The position numbers and the translations under genes are program-made. From contig CM082583.2 in the NCBI GenBank assembly GCA_040954595.2, positions 7,066,849-7,130,848 on the forward strand: DNA of 64,000 nt, written 5' to 3'. Position 1 is the stretch's first letter. Every line of letters begins with the position of its first letter. Below are positions 1-12,218 of the stretch, one piece after another. The notes under the pieces were generated by a model. The model searched no databases. It had not been told where the DNA came from and saw nothing but the letters and a program-made list of their open reading frames with translations. Source of the stretch: Balanoglossus misakiensis. Its lineage: Eukaryota > Animalia > Hemichordata.

Positions 1-640
1 TATTTCGTTTCATTTCTTAATAATGAGAGACATGGTGATACCCGGATGTACGTTTTGTCTGTTCATAATTGCCCTGTTGATTGATAGTTTCATCAACGAA
101 ATGGTTGGTTGAAAACAGAATGGTACAGACAACACGGCCAGATATAAATGTTTAAACTCTGATATTAAACACGTGTTTTTAATATGTCGGGTGCTTATGA
201 TTAAGTTGTTACCGTTTAACGGTTGGCAAGGTGATTGGTCCATTCTTCTTTGAGTGTGCTCGACGGCTAATTTCCATTTAGTAATAATTAATAGAGGAGA
301 TTGGGCGCATTTCTGTCGTCCGTTCTAATATGTATGGAAGTTGGGTTGTTAGAAGCGAAAGGGATTGAATATATTCACACATGTCGATGCATAACCGCGT
401 ATATACTGTACTCATGTATGACCCCAGTGTGATCTATTTTTATGTTGCGGGTGATAGTTGGGTCCTCTTGATTGTCTAGCTCCCAGTCGGGTCGGTGTGT
501 CCACCAGCTGCTGCGCGCATCAAGACAACCTGGTTGGGAAATGTTGTCACTATGATTCTCAGAGTGCGTGGCATAGCGTTAGGGTGACGTAAGTGATTAC
601 ATTAATTCGTTGGCGGCAGATGGAACTGTCGCAACTATTG

Positions 641-801
641 CTGGTCGGTTATGGGTGGTTGGCTCGTTGATAAATTGCTGGTTGGTTGGTTGGCTGGTCG
701 ATAGCTGGCTGTAGGTGGTATAGGCCTACAGGTTTCTCTGTTGGTCGCTAATAGTTAGCCGGTTTTGCAGTAGACAGACTTGTCGATTTGGCCGATTGGT
801 T
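641..801. repeat. Degenerate (GGTT/GGCT/GGTC)n tetramer tract
   Basis: 4-bp periodic GGTT-like units; looks like a decayed complement of the CCAA/CCGA type. Confidence 0.5.
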
Positions 802-2491
802 GCAAGGGGCCATAACTCCTATAACCCAGAGTGCACGACGTTGATATAGACGGGTTGGGAGGAGCCTTTCTATATTTGTTGGAATATGACTACGTCATTC
901 TTAAGTGTTTGTTTTGTTTGCCGACAAGTTTGGCTTGGTTCAGTGGCTGGTGATTTTGGGTACGGACGCGGTTTGGCTTTACAGTCAGTCACCTGCTGTC
1001 GTGTTTGGTCGAACGATCAGGTTTAGCAGCGACGTCACGTGACTGCAGCTGAGTGATATTCCGGTAATTCGACGGAGGCTTCGTAAATGGAGGATTTCCA
1101 CGGGACATACAAGCTATTACCAGATGGTGTGCGTAATGCTGTTACCGACGACGTAAATCATTTAGAGCGAATTCGAATCATCCACGGTAAATTCATCAGC
1201 CCTCAAGACTACCCCCCACCCGCGTCGAGCAGATCTCCGTTAACTACTTTTCAATCAACGTGTTTACTCCGTAATCTCATTTACTAAATAATCTTGTTGT
1301 CATCGCCTTGTGTCGTTTAATGTCGTAATACATTTAATTGTCTGTCAGGGCGGCCGGCGGGGCCCCGAAGCCTTCCGAGTTACACCCAATGAATGTTTGA
1401 TGACATCGACCTATAACCATTCGATAATGATAGTCACTTCAACTTAAAAAGCCCCGCAAACTTCCAGAAGATCACCGATTTCACGGGGCATACCGTTAAT
1501 ACGCAGGCGGCCAGTTCACCTGCCAAAGCAGTAAAGTGAGAAACACTTGGTGAAGTGGTTGTGTTGTTCCGCACCGAATAAAGAGGTCCTCAGATTTTCC
1601 AATATACAAAGCCAAACTTCCCCCAAAAAACATAAAAACAAAAACGCGGATTCGGATAGCAAATTGGATCTGCTAGTGTGCCCCCGGTCTCCACCTTGTA
1701 TGCCGCCGTGTAATATACACACTTTCGACAAAAATAAACTACACATTAGTAAAATGCGATTACCAATATCAGTTTAAAGTACGCTTCAAGGAAGGTATTT
1801 CAAATTTATTTAGAAGTAATTGCGCCTAATGCGGTTATCTTTCAGTGTGTGTGAGTGAATAAATGTTAATTCGGCATCTGCGTGTTTCCGCAAACTCAAT
1901 TTGGTTTTGCACATGTCTCTGTTTACGCTGGCAATATCAATGTCTCTGTGTATTTCTTCTGCGCGAAAAGACATTTCATCTCGCCAGGTAGGAAATCTAC
2001 ACGACCCAAATTACGAGTTTTAAATGAAATTTGAACTGCGCTCTAAGCCATGTTGGCATCGGATTTTAATCAGACATACAGAGCCCGGCGTGGTCGACCT
2101 TTTATTGAATGACGCGAATTTGCAGGGAGGGTTCTTCGTGGTGCAACGCGTAAATCTAACCTTAGCCTTCGGCTTGTCTGCCAAACGCTGTCCGCTAAAA
2201 GTGTTTCTGGCTTCGTCACTGCAGCTCGGTCATTGCCGGTGGAACTCGTATATTTGACCTAACGGTTTATAGACTGTCATGTTAGAAATGAAACTCGCCT
2301 AAATACACAGACAAATATTTCTCTTTGTCTGTGTTTAACGAGACTGTTGACTTTCAGTATTTACACCTTGTGTGTTGAGTCTCTGCTAACGGAAGGATGG
2401 AGCTACAGACCATTCCCCGACCGGCGTCCTCTTGTGAAGAGACGCCGGTATTTCAATATGGATTCTTCATCTCCCACCCCTTCTATCATTA

Positions 2492-3520
2492 GGGATGAAT
2501 CATTTTATATCTGGAGGGGGTCTGGAAGATATAACAAAGTCTTGAAAAGACGAACCGGCAATACAAGACAGTGGGAGGGGGTACACCCCAATATCCCCAC
2601 ATTACCTTGTACAAAAATATACTACAAACTGCCTATTTTCACTAAGGTCTACTTCTGAGCTAAGCTATAACCATGACAACCAAAATCCTCAAGGTCCCCT
2701 CCCTGTTAACTGTTCTCCCTAACATCCTTCCAGATAGCACCAATTTCACTGTTTTGATCTTACACTTCCAAATATTCATCTCTCACGCTTTTAATTCCCT
2801 TGTACTTCAGACTGCCCGTTTTCTTCATTTTCTACTAAGCTTTACACGCATGGTAGCCGCCAAACTCTGTCATGTCAGTGTACGCACTGTTCTCCATGTT
2901 TGGCTCCCACGGGCATTATATTCAGAATTTAATAATAAAACACAATTGAAATTCTCTACGGGCAATCGAGTTTTCATAATTATATGTCTGTACATGTCAT
3001 ATAGACAATGTTCCAATCAACCCATACCACAAATGGATGTTGGTCAATAAAAAGAACAATAGTGTAAATATTTTGTAGAAGTTGCTGTACATAACTCGAG
3101 TAAATTGTCCTAAGTCGGTCACTCTAAAACTTAAACCAGGGATTCTTTGCGATGATGAAAGAGAAAAAATCCCTCCAGACCACCCATACCAATCTGCAAC
3201 TCTTTGCATAACAAAAACAAACAAACAAACAAACAAACCAAAACAAACAGGTTCTATGATACGGAAAGAACACAAAAAATTGCTCACAAAAATGGTAGCA
3301 CTTTTAAATATTTTCTGCCTGCAAACTTTGACCTGGATACACAGTTAAAGTTGTGCTTTACGCCTCCAAAACATTATACGGTGACAAAATTCCTGTTTGA
3401 AAACGTCTGCCCAAGTTTAATGGGTTTTAAATGATTCGACGGACTGAGACACTAGGTGAAAAAACGTGGGCTCAGTCCCAATCTTCCAGATCCTCCCGAG
3501 GATATCAAAGGGCCCACCCC
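2492..3520. mobile_element. Putative decayed non-autonomous DNA transposon (MITE-like), ~1.03 kb
   Basis: Left end GGGATGAATCATTTTATATCTGGAGGGGGTCTGGAAGAT (2492-2530) is an imperfect reverse complement of right end ATCTTCCAGATCCTCCCGAGGATATCAAAGGGCCCACCCC (3481-3520). Flanks are TTA and TAA. A related motif recurs at 3170-3185. There is no transposase ORF. Confidence 0.55.
3210..3249. repeat. (AAAC)n microsatellite
   Basis: Directly visible, inside the putative MITE. Confidence 0.85.
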
Positions 3521-6500
3521 TAATTAGCGTCCATCCCTTTTTAAAGCCATAAAGAGTGGCCTTGTTTTTGGTCACTTTGTGTGGCAGACCCAGCCTTCCC
3601 CGCCTAACTTTCTCTAATTAAGACTGTATGCAACGGTTATACAATGAGAGTGAAGAGACTTCCCCCTCACTCCATTGACAATCCATATGCTCCCGTCAAG
3701 CGCAGCTAAAGCATCGGCCTCGGGGCAAGACTTGTCGACTCGCAGGAACTAATAGTCTTTCAAGTGTCGTTGAAATCGGAAGTTTTATCTCGTCTGCCCA
3801 GTTGAAAGAAATAAATCTGCTGGCATTCCCATAATGTGACTCGCTTGCCCGCTTTGTTCGGTAATAGCATCCAAGGCTGGTCCCTTACACACTCACCAAA
3901 AGCACTAATCAGTGGTGCTTTCTTTGCCAAACTTGATTGACTGTTTAACTCCATTTTGCCCTCGGGGGCTATTTTGGAGGGAAATGCTCGGCAGTGGTCA
4001 GCAGGGCCTGAAACACTGGAACTGTCAACCCCCACTGTCAACCACGTTAGATCATATCTCTCTCCCCCTTAGCCTGTCACCTGTCAATCAAAATCGCGCA
4101 TAACATGTGACAACGCCAAAGTCATTCCTTAAACAAATCCCCTCTTTAAAAAGTGCCAGCCAACCGGAATACGATTGGTACTACAATTCGGCGAAACAAA
4201 AATCGCTCAATATTTTCGATTTTTGGCTCGTTAAGCGCATAGCCGCAAGGCCATGTCCACACAACTGTCCAAGGTTCAAAATGGTTCCCCATTTTGCCCT
4301 AATTACCAAATTGCTTCCTATTGTTGTTCCAACACATGAAAGGTGGCTAAATCAAAGAATAGGTTGGCTAAAAAGGAGTTATCGGCAGGAAGTGGCATGC
4401 ATAAAGTATTGGATTCTGCCCAGGACAATGAGACGCTCCCCAACCCATGATGGAATTTACTGCCGCCATTTCCTTAGCCCTTTGACCGTGCCTCAACAAA
4501 TTAAAACGTATTAGGATCGAAAAAAACACATCTCGATCATAAAAAATCGATTTACCCCGCGCAGGCGACAATTTGTGACCGAATAGTTTCGGCGATTTCG
4601 CGCCCACGGTTAATCTACCCTTCGCCATACCACATTAATACTGCATGATGCTAGCGTGGTGCCAGTCAAGAGCTCTCATTTGTAGGGGTGACACTATTGC
4701 CAGACAAAAGAATTGAATGGTGCCTTCCAAAGGTTTGTAAATTTTGAACAAAACACCATCATTAGGGACTGTCAAATCAGAGCGATGTTCCGCGGACCAA
4801 TTTGATTGCAACACCAATGGGACCACAAAAGCGCCACAGCCACAACGTTGCTGTGCAGATAACACATAACAGCTACGGAACGACGCAAAGAACGACGCAA
4901 CAATTGCGAGATCTAGGAACATCGGAGAACTTGTCACCGGTATATTTCGGTCCCTCCCGAAAATGGGAACAGTCCGGCGATAATTGGTGACGCATAGGAA
5001 ACGATCGGGCAATTACGCTAATTGGCGAACAAACAAAGGTTTTTCAGACGCGACACAATGAAGATATGTATATAATTGACAGACGATGGAATCAATTTAT
5101 TTGTATGGAAATGACGAGGAGAGTGCGCAAACAGTGACCCCGCATGTTTGTTTTATGATTTAATAACGGAGTTGCACACGTCGGCAACGCTCGCCGGGTG
5201 TCGGGATCATCGCCTTCCGCGGGGAGGGGCGAGAATCGTCCGGACTCGTTAGTCCCAAATAAAATCGGTATTGTTAAAGTGCATATGCCTGACGTAGCGG
5301 GCTTATTCACGCGAAAGAAACGGTCAAAATTTCGATTGAAAAACTGTCTGGGTGGGACCGGGAATAGAGGCAAAAAATGGCCACGGGTCTCTTCGTCGTC
5401 TTCTATTTACAGAACACGCTCCGGACGGAAAAAATACCCGCATCCAACGCAAACCCGATTGTATCGAGATGACTAAATGCTTTGGTATCATATTAGAAAG
5501 AGGTTTCATGATAATCACTGAAAACAATAAGCGCATTACCCAAACATAGTGTGTCATTCAGTGACTATTTTTGTTTCGATTTTCCGACAAATTAAGAAAA
5601 GGCATTTTCAATTGAATCTGACCATCAAAGCGAATGAGAAACCGTTATTTATTGGAAACCAGGCATTAAAACGGTCTTGATCACTTGAAAGAATTAAATA
5701 TGGCTGTGCGTCGATATCCGACATGGTTAATTAACGCGAAGAACCATGGAAAATTGGCAATTGACAATGCTGGCTAAAATAGGATCATATTTCTGTTTCG
5801 AAATTATGCCGGTTTGATATTTTTTTGAGATTAGACCATCCTATAGGCGACGCCTCCGCGAGTGTCATCATGATTTCTCGCTATCTCCGGTGTTTACACA
5901 ACACTATTAGGGACTGTATGAAAGCCCGATAAAAACGTTCAACAAAACTATTATGGAAATAATAGCGAAGTGTACAATAGATGCGCGATAGTCTCGCTAT
6001 CGACGACTTTTCACTTCAGCAGATAATATTTGGGTGATTGACAGAGCAGAGGCAAAAAAAATCGCTTTCATAGAAGCTGTGACACACTCGAATCGATTTC
6101 GCTTTGCTCGGCATGTGACGCATCCACGAGATGTATTGTGCATTGCCTCGCCGGATTCCCACACCGTGTTTTTTTTCTCTCTCCGGCGCTTCCCTTCAGA
6201 GGTGGAGATGGGAGCAATCGCGAGCGCAACACGTTGGCTACCTAATTCGACGAATAATGACATAAAAAGCACGCAACAGACAAATCAGAAATTCTTCGGT
6301 CAGCCGATCACCAGCTGAGGGCGAAAAAAGCAGCAAAATATGAGATAATCGCCTCATCGGTAATCCTGCACGATTGTGACGTGTATTGTTCTTCGGGAAC
6401 ATTTTCCTTTTGTGGTTGCACTTTCATTAAATTACGTCCACCACCTCTGTGTCTCGGATAACTATAGTATTCGCACACAGAAGGTAACTGCCCATATGTT

Positions 6501-8699
6501 CCAAAGACCTTCTAAATCCACCAAATAGCCCACCTGCACGAAGCCCTTCGACATTTCGCAAAACAGAGCAATTGTGGTTACTTTAGCAATGATTGAATAG
6601 TGAATGACGGGAGAAGAGAATCGCGGGCACGGCGCGAACACAACGGATATTTATACAGGATAAGATTTCTATAGAAATTAGTAGAGTCAACTATTTTTAC
6701 TATTGATATATTTACAAGCCATAAGCATCACTTTGCCATGGGTAAATAGAAGCCAGTTGTCGTAGCTCTCCCTTAATTGATCACTAATGCTGTAATTAAT
6801 TAAAGCAGTACAATAGACCCTTAATGAATAGTTCTCAGGACCTAATGACCATAATAGTCTACTCTAGGGGGACTTACGCACGCTTGGAATGAGTGCTAGT
6901 CCATCCATTCACGCGGTTTTTATCCCTTATAAAATACGGCGATGAAAAAAGACAAAAGCGCGATGTATTAACGTTCATACGGGTTTGAGTCGGGTGCTTA
7001 GGATGGCGCCAAACACTGAAATTAGACAAGTGATGGGGTGCGTTTTGTTCGGGTACACCAGCAGAACAGCGGTCACAATGGAATTGCGAGACATTCAACG
7101 ATAGGCTGTGGTCCGATTGGCCCTTCGGGTCTGGCAGATGTCTGTTTCGGCTCATACTTCATGGCTATGTCGATTTCAATGGCTAAACTTGTAAATGCTC
7201 TCCATCTTGTTGTAGGTAGAGGCCGTCTCAGGTGGTAGATTTATATCGGGGAAAAAGACGCTGTTGTATCATGTGCTGTAACATTGAAACGACTGCCATG
7301 CATTCACTTATGATATTCTTGTTTCTCATCTGCCAGCGTTGAAACTCGGTAATATCGCGTGTTCTCTTTTTACTTTCAATATTATGCCCATCCTGCAGGC
7401 CCGAATGTATACCTTTTTTTTTCTTTCTTTCAAATTTTGCTTTGGCTTGGGGATCAACAGATCAAGGCATGCGTGAAAGCGTTACTTTGTACCACGAACA
7501 TTAAATCTGTTCTTTTCGACCTCTTTATTCGTTCTTTGCAACATACAGCGTAAAACAGGCTTAGGACGACTACTAAGTAATGGCTCTCGGCCATGGGGTT
7601 TTTGCGGGCCCTCCGTTGTAAGAAAGTGATGAACACGCAAAGTAGATATAAGTTATGTCGTCTTGTCAGCGGATGTGGGACAGAATGTGGCGGTTTTCTG
7701 GGTTTCCACTGCGCCGCGCCCAAGTCTTGTCGCCGGCCGCGGCCGTCCACCATCGCCATCAGCACTGCGGACGACAAACGACGGGAAGCCATACATGCAG
7801 TTCCGGCAGGGGACGTGTTCGTCTGTGCCCCCGTCTGAAGGTATTATGGGGGTGGTGCAGGAGGGTTTGTCCCCTTTGCCGCTGGCCAAACCTGGTGCGA
7901 AGGTGCGAAAATAATGATTGCCCCAGACCACCACCGGGCCAAAGGTGTTAACATAGCTGCTTGGTTACGGCCGTAGTGGGACGGACAGCAAAGGTGTGCA
8001 ACACTCCTTCGGTTGACGTCACCAGACAACTTTCATATATCAAGACAAATCAAAGAGAACACATTTTCTTGTTCAGTTTTTCGATGTTTTCCCCCGCAGT
8101 GTATACGCGATGTCATTCTCCGCCGCCCTTTTCCCCCCTTTTCATAGTTGGGGGCTAAAGCTTGTCCCATTCGGCGCAATGACAGCAGAGGTTTAGTACG
8201 TCTAAATCGCCCATTCTTCGCTGATTGTTTATTGTTCGCTGCCATCCAAGTAAACAACTAATGAGTAGCAAGCGCTCCTCCCCTTCGTTTAGCATTCAAA
8301 ACAATACTAATGCTAACACAACTAGTCAGCACGGCTAATCATTCTCGGTGGAGCTGTCACTCAGACGACCTTTGTGGTCCGACTCGCTGCCTCTCGGTGC
8401 TGCACCAGACCCTCTGCATGTCAACAGTCTGTGCCAGTTGGCGCAGATCGCTTTCAAATATCGTTTTTATCAGAACCGTGTGTATTTTTAGCATGGATTA
8501 CATGAAAGGGAGAACATATGGGTAGGCAGAGGCAGACATCGCCGAACGTTCATTTCCTCGCCGGCTCAGGGTGTTGTTTTAATTTCAATTTGCGGAGGAA
8601 AGGGTTAATTAATTGGTGAATGGTAAACATTCGAGCATTTTGTCCCCCTTGTGGACAGGATAAGACGGCCACAGGTAAAAGACTAGGTGAGCGTGCTGG

Positions 8700-8840
8700 A
8701 GCCTTCTGCAGAGCATCATTGGTTGAGTCGCAGTCAAGACTTGTCAGTTAGAAAACAAAGACCCCTCCCACCTCGTTAATAAAACATGTATTGGTTTTGA
8801 AGAGCATGACAATAGCTGGCAGTGTGCTCACTCACAGTAC
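8700..8840 (+). promoter_or_regulatory. Candidate rx core promoter
   Basis: Reverse CCAAT boxes (ATTGG at ~8718 and ~8790), AT-rich TTAATAAAA at 8776-8784 and Inr-like GCAGT/ACAGT at 8819-8838, about 200-300 bp upstream of the ATG. The TSS is not determinable from sequence. Confidence 0.35.
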
Positions 8841-9035
8841 CTACCGTCTAAACGTTCATTTGTAGCAAGGTCAACCGGCGTGTATACGAGTAAACGAAGC
8901 TGCCCCCCGAAAAAAACAATCCCTCCTTCCTAGGAATCCCCTGCGCACGAAGGGGGATAACGACAGAGTTGAGATATCCCTCATCCGCTCTGCCTTCTGC
9001 AAATCTCCACGACCAGCCTGGCTCCTCATCCACCC

Positions 9036-9342
9036 ATGAGCAACGCCTCAACCTCCGCCACGCCACCGCCACCGCCGCCGAACACGAACGGCGAGGGAGC
9101 TGGTCTCTCTGCGGGAGAGAGAAAGGGCATGCCGGCATGTTCAACGGTCTCGGCGCACAGCGGCGGCCCACGCCACTCCATTGACGCCATTCTGGGGCTC
9201 AATTTCCGCAAGCGGGAGAACAGCCACGCCGAGGAGAGGAAAAACCAAGTTTGCAGCAGTCCCAACGAATTCACCAGGCAGACACCGCTGAGCGGCAGCG
9301 ACGAGAGCTCATTAATAAGTATGGATGACGGCTGCATTGCAT
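9036..9342 (+). CDS. rx: Retinal homeobox Rx, coding exon 1 (octapeptide)
   Basis: ATG at 9036; encodes the eh1/octapeptide RHSIDAILG; ends at donor AT|GTAAGT (GT at 9343). It is 307 nt (phase 1) and joins exon 2 in frame (T+CG=Ser). A second in-frame ATG lies at 9129. Confidence 0.9.
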
Positions 9343-11955
9343 GTAAGTTACCCTTTCACTTTGTCATCGCAGTAAAACGCTACCAAAAATACGACCGCAG
9401 AGATTTACACCACACCGGCAGCGTTTTGACATGTGTCAAAATTGAAATGATTTACAACAAAAATGGGTATTTGTACAATTTACAACAAATCTCAAACAGA
9501 TTTCAATCATCCAATCAAGTGACAATTCAGTCAGGTAAAAGTTCTGTAAAATTAAATGAAAATATCCGGTACGGTGGTATGAAGATGACATAAAAACACT
9601 AACCAAACGATATAAAATACACATGCTTGTGATTTCCCTATGTTCTTCTTGCAAGGGTGGGGTCAAGTTGGACTTTTTGTGCGAGCTCGCAACACGGTAT
9701 CCCCCAAAGTTAAATTAAAAAGAATCAACACAGAACCAAATAACTTAACATCGTGGCGACTTACCGTAAGACCAAAGTCAAACGAAATCCACGCCAAAAC
9801 TAATCCTAAGCGCTGTGCGGACAACTACAGGCAATTTATAAGGGAAATTTCATACGGTTGGCGTTCGGGAATCGAACGTTTTGTGAGTCGATATCAAACG
9901 TCTCGAGCCGCTTTTGTGAAAACTTATGATTTTTTTGTGCACCCCGGGGTTGACAAAACTGCCGTGTTTGAGCTTTGAACATCTGCGTGGGGGTGCAGAC
10001 CGCCTGTCTGAGCCCGAACCAACCGACACCATTTACATTTCTGCATTTCTCACCGGAGGAACGAATCGGATTTTCCGATGTCTGGCGACTCGTAAACGGT
10101 GCTCCAAAATTGATCTCTTTTTTATTAATTTCGTAAAATGGCTATGAAATATTAAGTTCTGTGCCGTGTGGATGGTCGGACACCAGCAGAAACAACGATG
10201 CAGCTGTTTATAGTGTTAAGATGCCTCCCAGTAGAACAAGACAAATAAGCCGTGTTGAATTTAAACAGGCGCGGAAAATAAAAGTCGCCACGCATTCACT
10301 AGAAGTTATCCGAAAATTGGCGTAATGGTGTTTTAGACCCTTGAGCCAATAGTCGCAGAGTGAGTGTTCGATATGTTTGCTTGTATACAGATCAAAATAT
10401 AAAGAGTGTTTGCGTTTGGTACAAACCGTTAAAACAATAAGCCCGCTTCAGATAAGGACTACTTCAAAACTTCTAAACACAAGTGTTCGCGGTCGCTTGT
10501 CGCGCTACTGTCGCAACGTTATGACAATCGCTATTGGGGTCTCTTAAAAATATTCATAAATACTGAATAATCTCCCTTTTCATTTTTTTCTCTTCTGTAA
10601 GGCATGTTTCCCTTCGCGCATGTCAGAAAGAATCGCGCCAACCCTTCCCTTGTCAACAGCAGTTTCTGACATTTCCCAGACAGATTGACGCGATTATCTG
10701 TTTACGGCGGAAAAATATGGCTGGCTATTTTTTAGAATATCTTGCGAGAAAATATAAAATCGGCCATGATTTTGGATTCTAAATCTGATTTTAAAAAATT
10801 ACACCCCGTGTCTGACTTTCTACCACCTCCAGTGAGGTAGACCAACCCCAGTTAATGTAGGGGCCATCCTAATATGCTATGCGAGTTTTTAAACAGTATT
10901 AGTAATGGCGGCTAGTGATTGAGGCCTTTTCCCAAGCGAGTGTTACAGCTACTCTCGATCTTATCATTGTAAGTGAAATGTTTTTCTTGGTTATTTACAT
11001 GGCCCACCTTCATACATCGCTGCACAGAGTTACTCAGACTCAAACGCGAAGAGAAGGCCTCGTCTCGTACTCTTCAAAACCTACATGGTCGGGTACACAT
11101 ACAACGCGCGCCATACTCCCAAAACATGTGTTATCCTCATAAACACGCAGACGACACTCCGCTTGTAATTTTTGGTAGGAATCGGCGCTTCAGTATGGTA
11201 AAATGAGAGAGAAATTTTGATTTGGTCGGAATTATTTTTGACGTTGAAAATAGAAATGCATCGGGTATTTCAGTAAGAACGGGTTTCTTATAGTACAATA
11301 TCGCTTCCAGGCTGGATTCAGTATGGTGGCAAGAGAGATATGGTCATATGAAAAATAAAACCTCACATTACAAATGAGAATCTTAAACTTCGAAATTTTA
11401 GAATTTGTGGACTCTTCTCATGTAGAGAAAAAAACTTTCGTGGAAATGTCTCCTATATGTAGCATGATCCGGCTACTAATAACCAAGGTTTGTCTGAATA
11501 CAAGGTACCCCCATACCCCGAAAAAACAGCCGCCATATTGACTCCAGTGTACACGATGACTACCATATTTTGCCCAACTCTTTGCAACGCTGTCGAGTTG
11601 GCAACTGCTTCTCTTTACAATCCTAATCAAAATATAGAAATTACGAATCTACACGATATCCTGTTGTTCACAGTCAGGTGAAAAAAGGCGTTTTAGAGTT
11701 GCGTGGAAATTCTCTCTTTGCAGTCAACATCAAACGGATTTCGGGTCGAAAGTTCAATAGCCAACAATGGATAAAATGAACTGCAACGGATATGGCGAAT
11801 TCAAATAAATGCAAAAGCACCGTCGATTTCGGAAATTTTCATTTCAAATTGTTGATTTTTTCGTTTCGGAGGTGTGCATGCATACCTTGGAACAAACCGA
11901 TCGTCACATCGGTTAAGATTGCAATGTGTTAACCTTTGTTTTAATTTACCTGCAG
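9343..11955 (+). other. rx: rx intron 1 (2613 bp, phase 1)
   Basis: GT..AG boundaries with compatible phases. Confidence 0.88.
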
Positions 11956-12218
11956 CGAATGAAGAGGGCGAGAAGAACGGACGCGATGACAGGGCCCTGA
12001 GTTCCGACGACGACGTCAAGCACGACGACGACGACGGCCTCAACGACAACAACAATTCCGGCGACGAGCCGAAGAAGAAGCACCGGAGGAACCGAACAAC
12101 TTTCACAACTTTTCAACTGCACGAGCTGGAAAGGGCGTTCGAGAAAAGCCACTACCCGGATGTCTACAGCCGAGAGGAACTGGCGCTGAAAGTAAATTTA
12201 CCTGAAGTGAGAGTACAG
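11956..12218 (+). CDS. rx: Rx coding exon 2 (homeodomain residues 1-46)
   Basis: Acceptor ttacctgcag|CG; encodes [49 protein letters not shown], the diagnostic Rx homeodomain; donor CAG|GTAAAA at 12219, phase 0. Confidence 0.97.

Noticed and set aside
7593-7951. GC-rich patch with several overlapping ORFs upstream of rx, including an RE1-like TCAGCACTGCGGAC
   Set aside because: There is no protein similarity or convincing splice pair, and the RE1 match is partial.
1-9000. Search for orthopedia exons upstream of rx
   Set aside because: No homeobox or Otp-like peptide appears in any listed frame.
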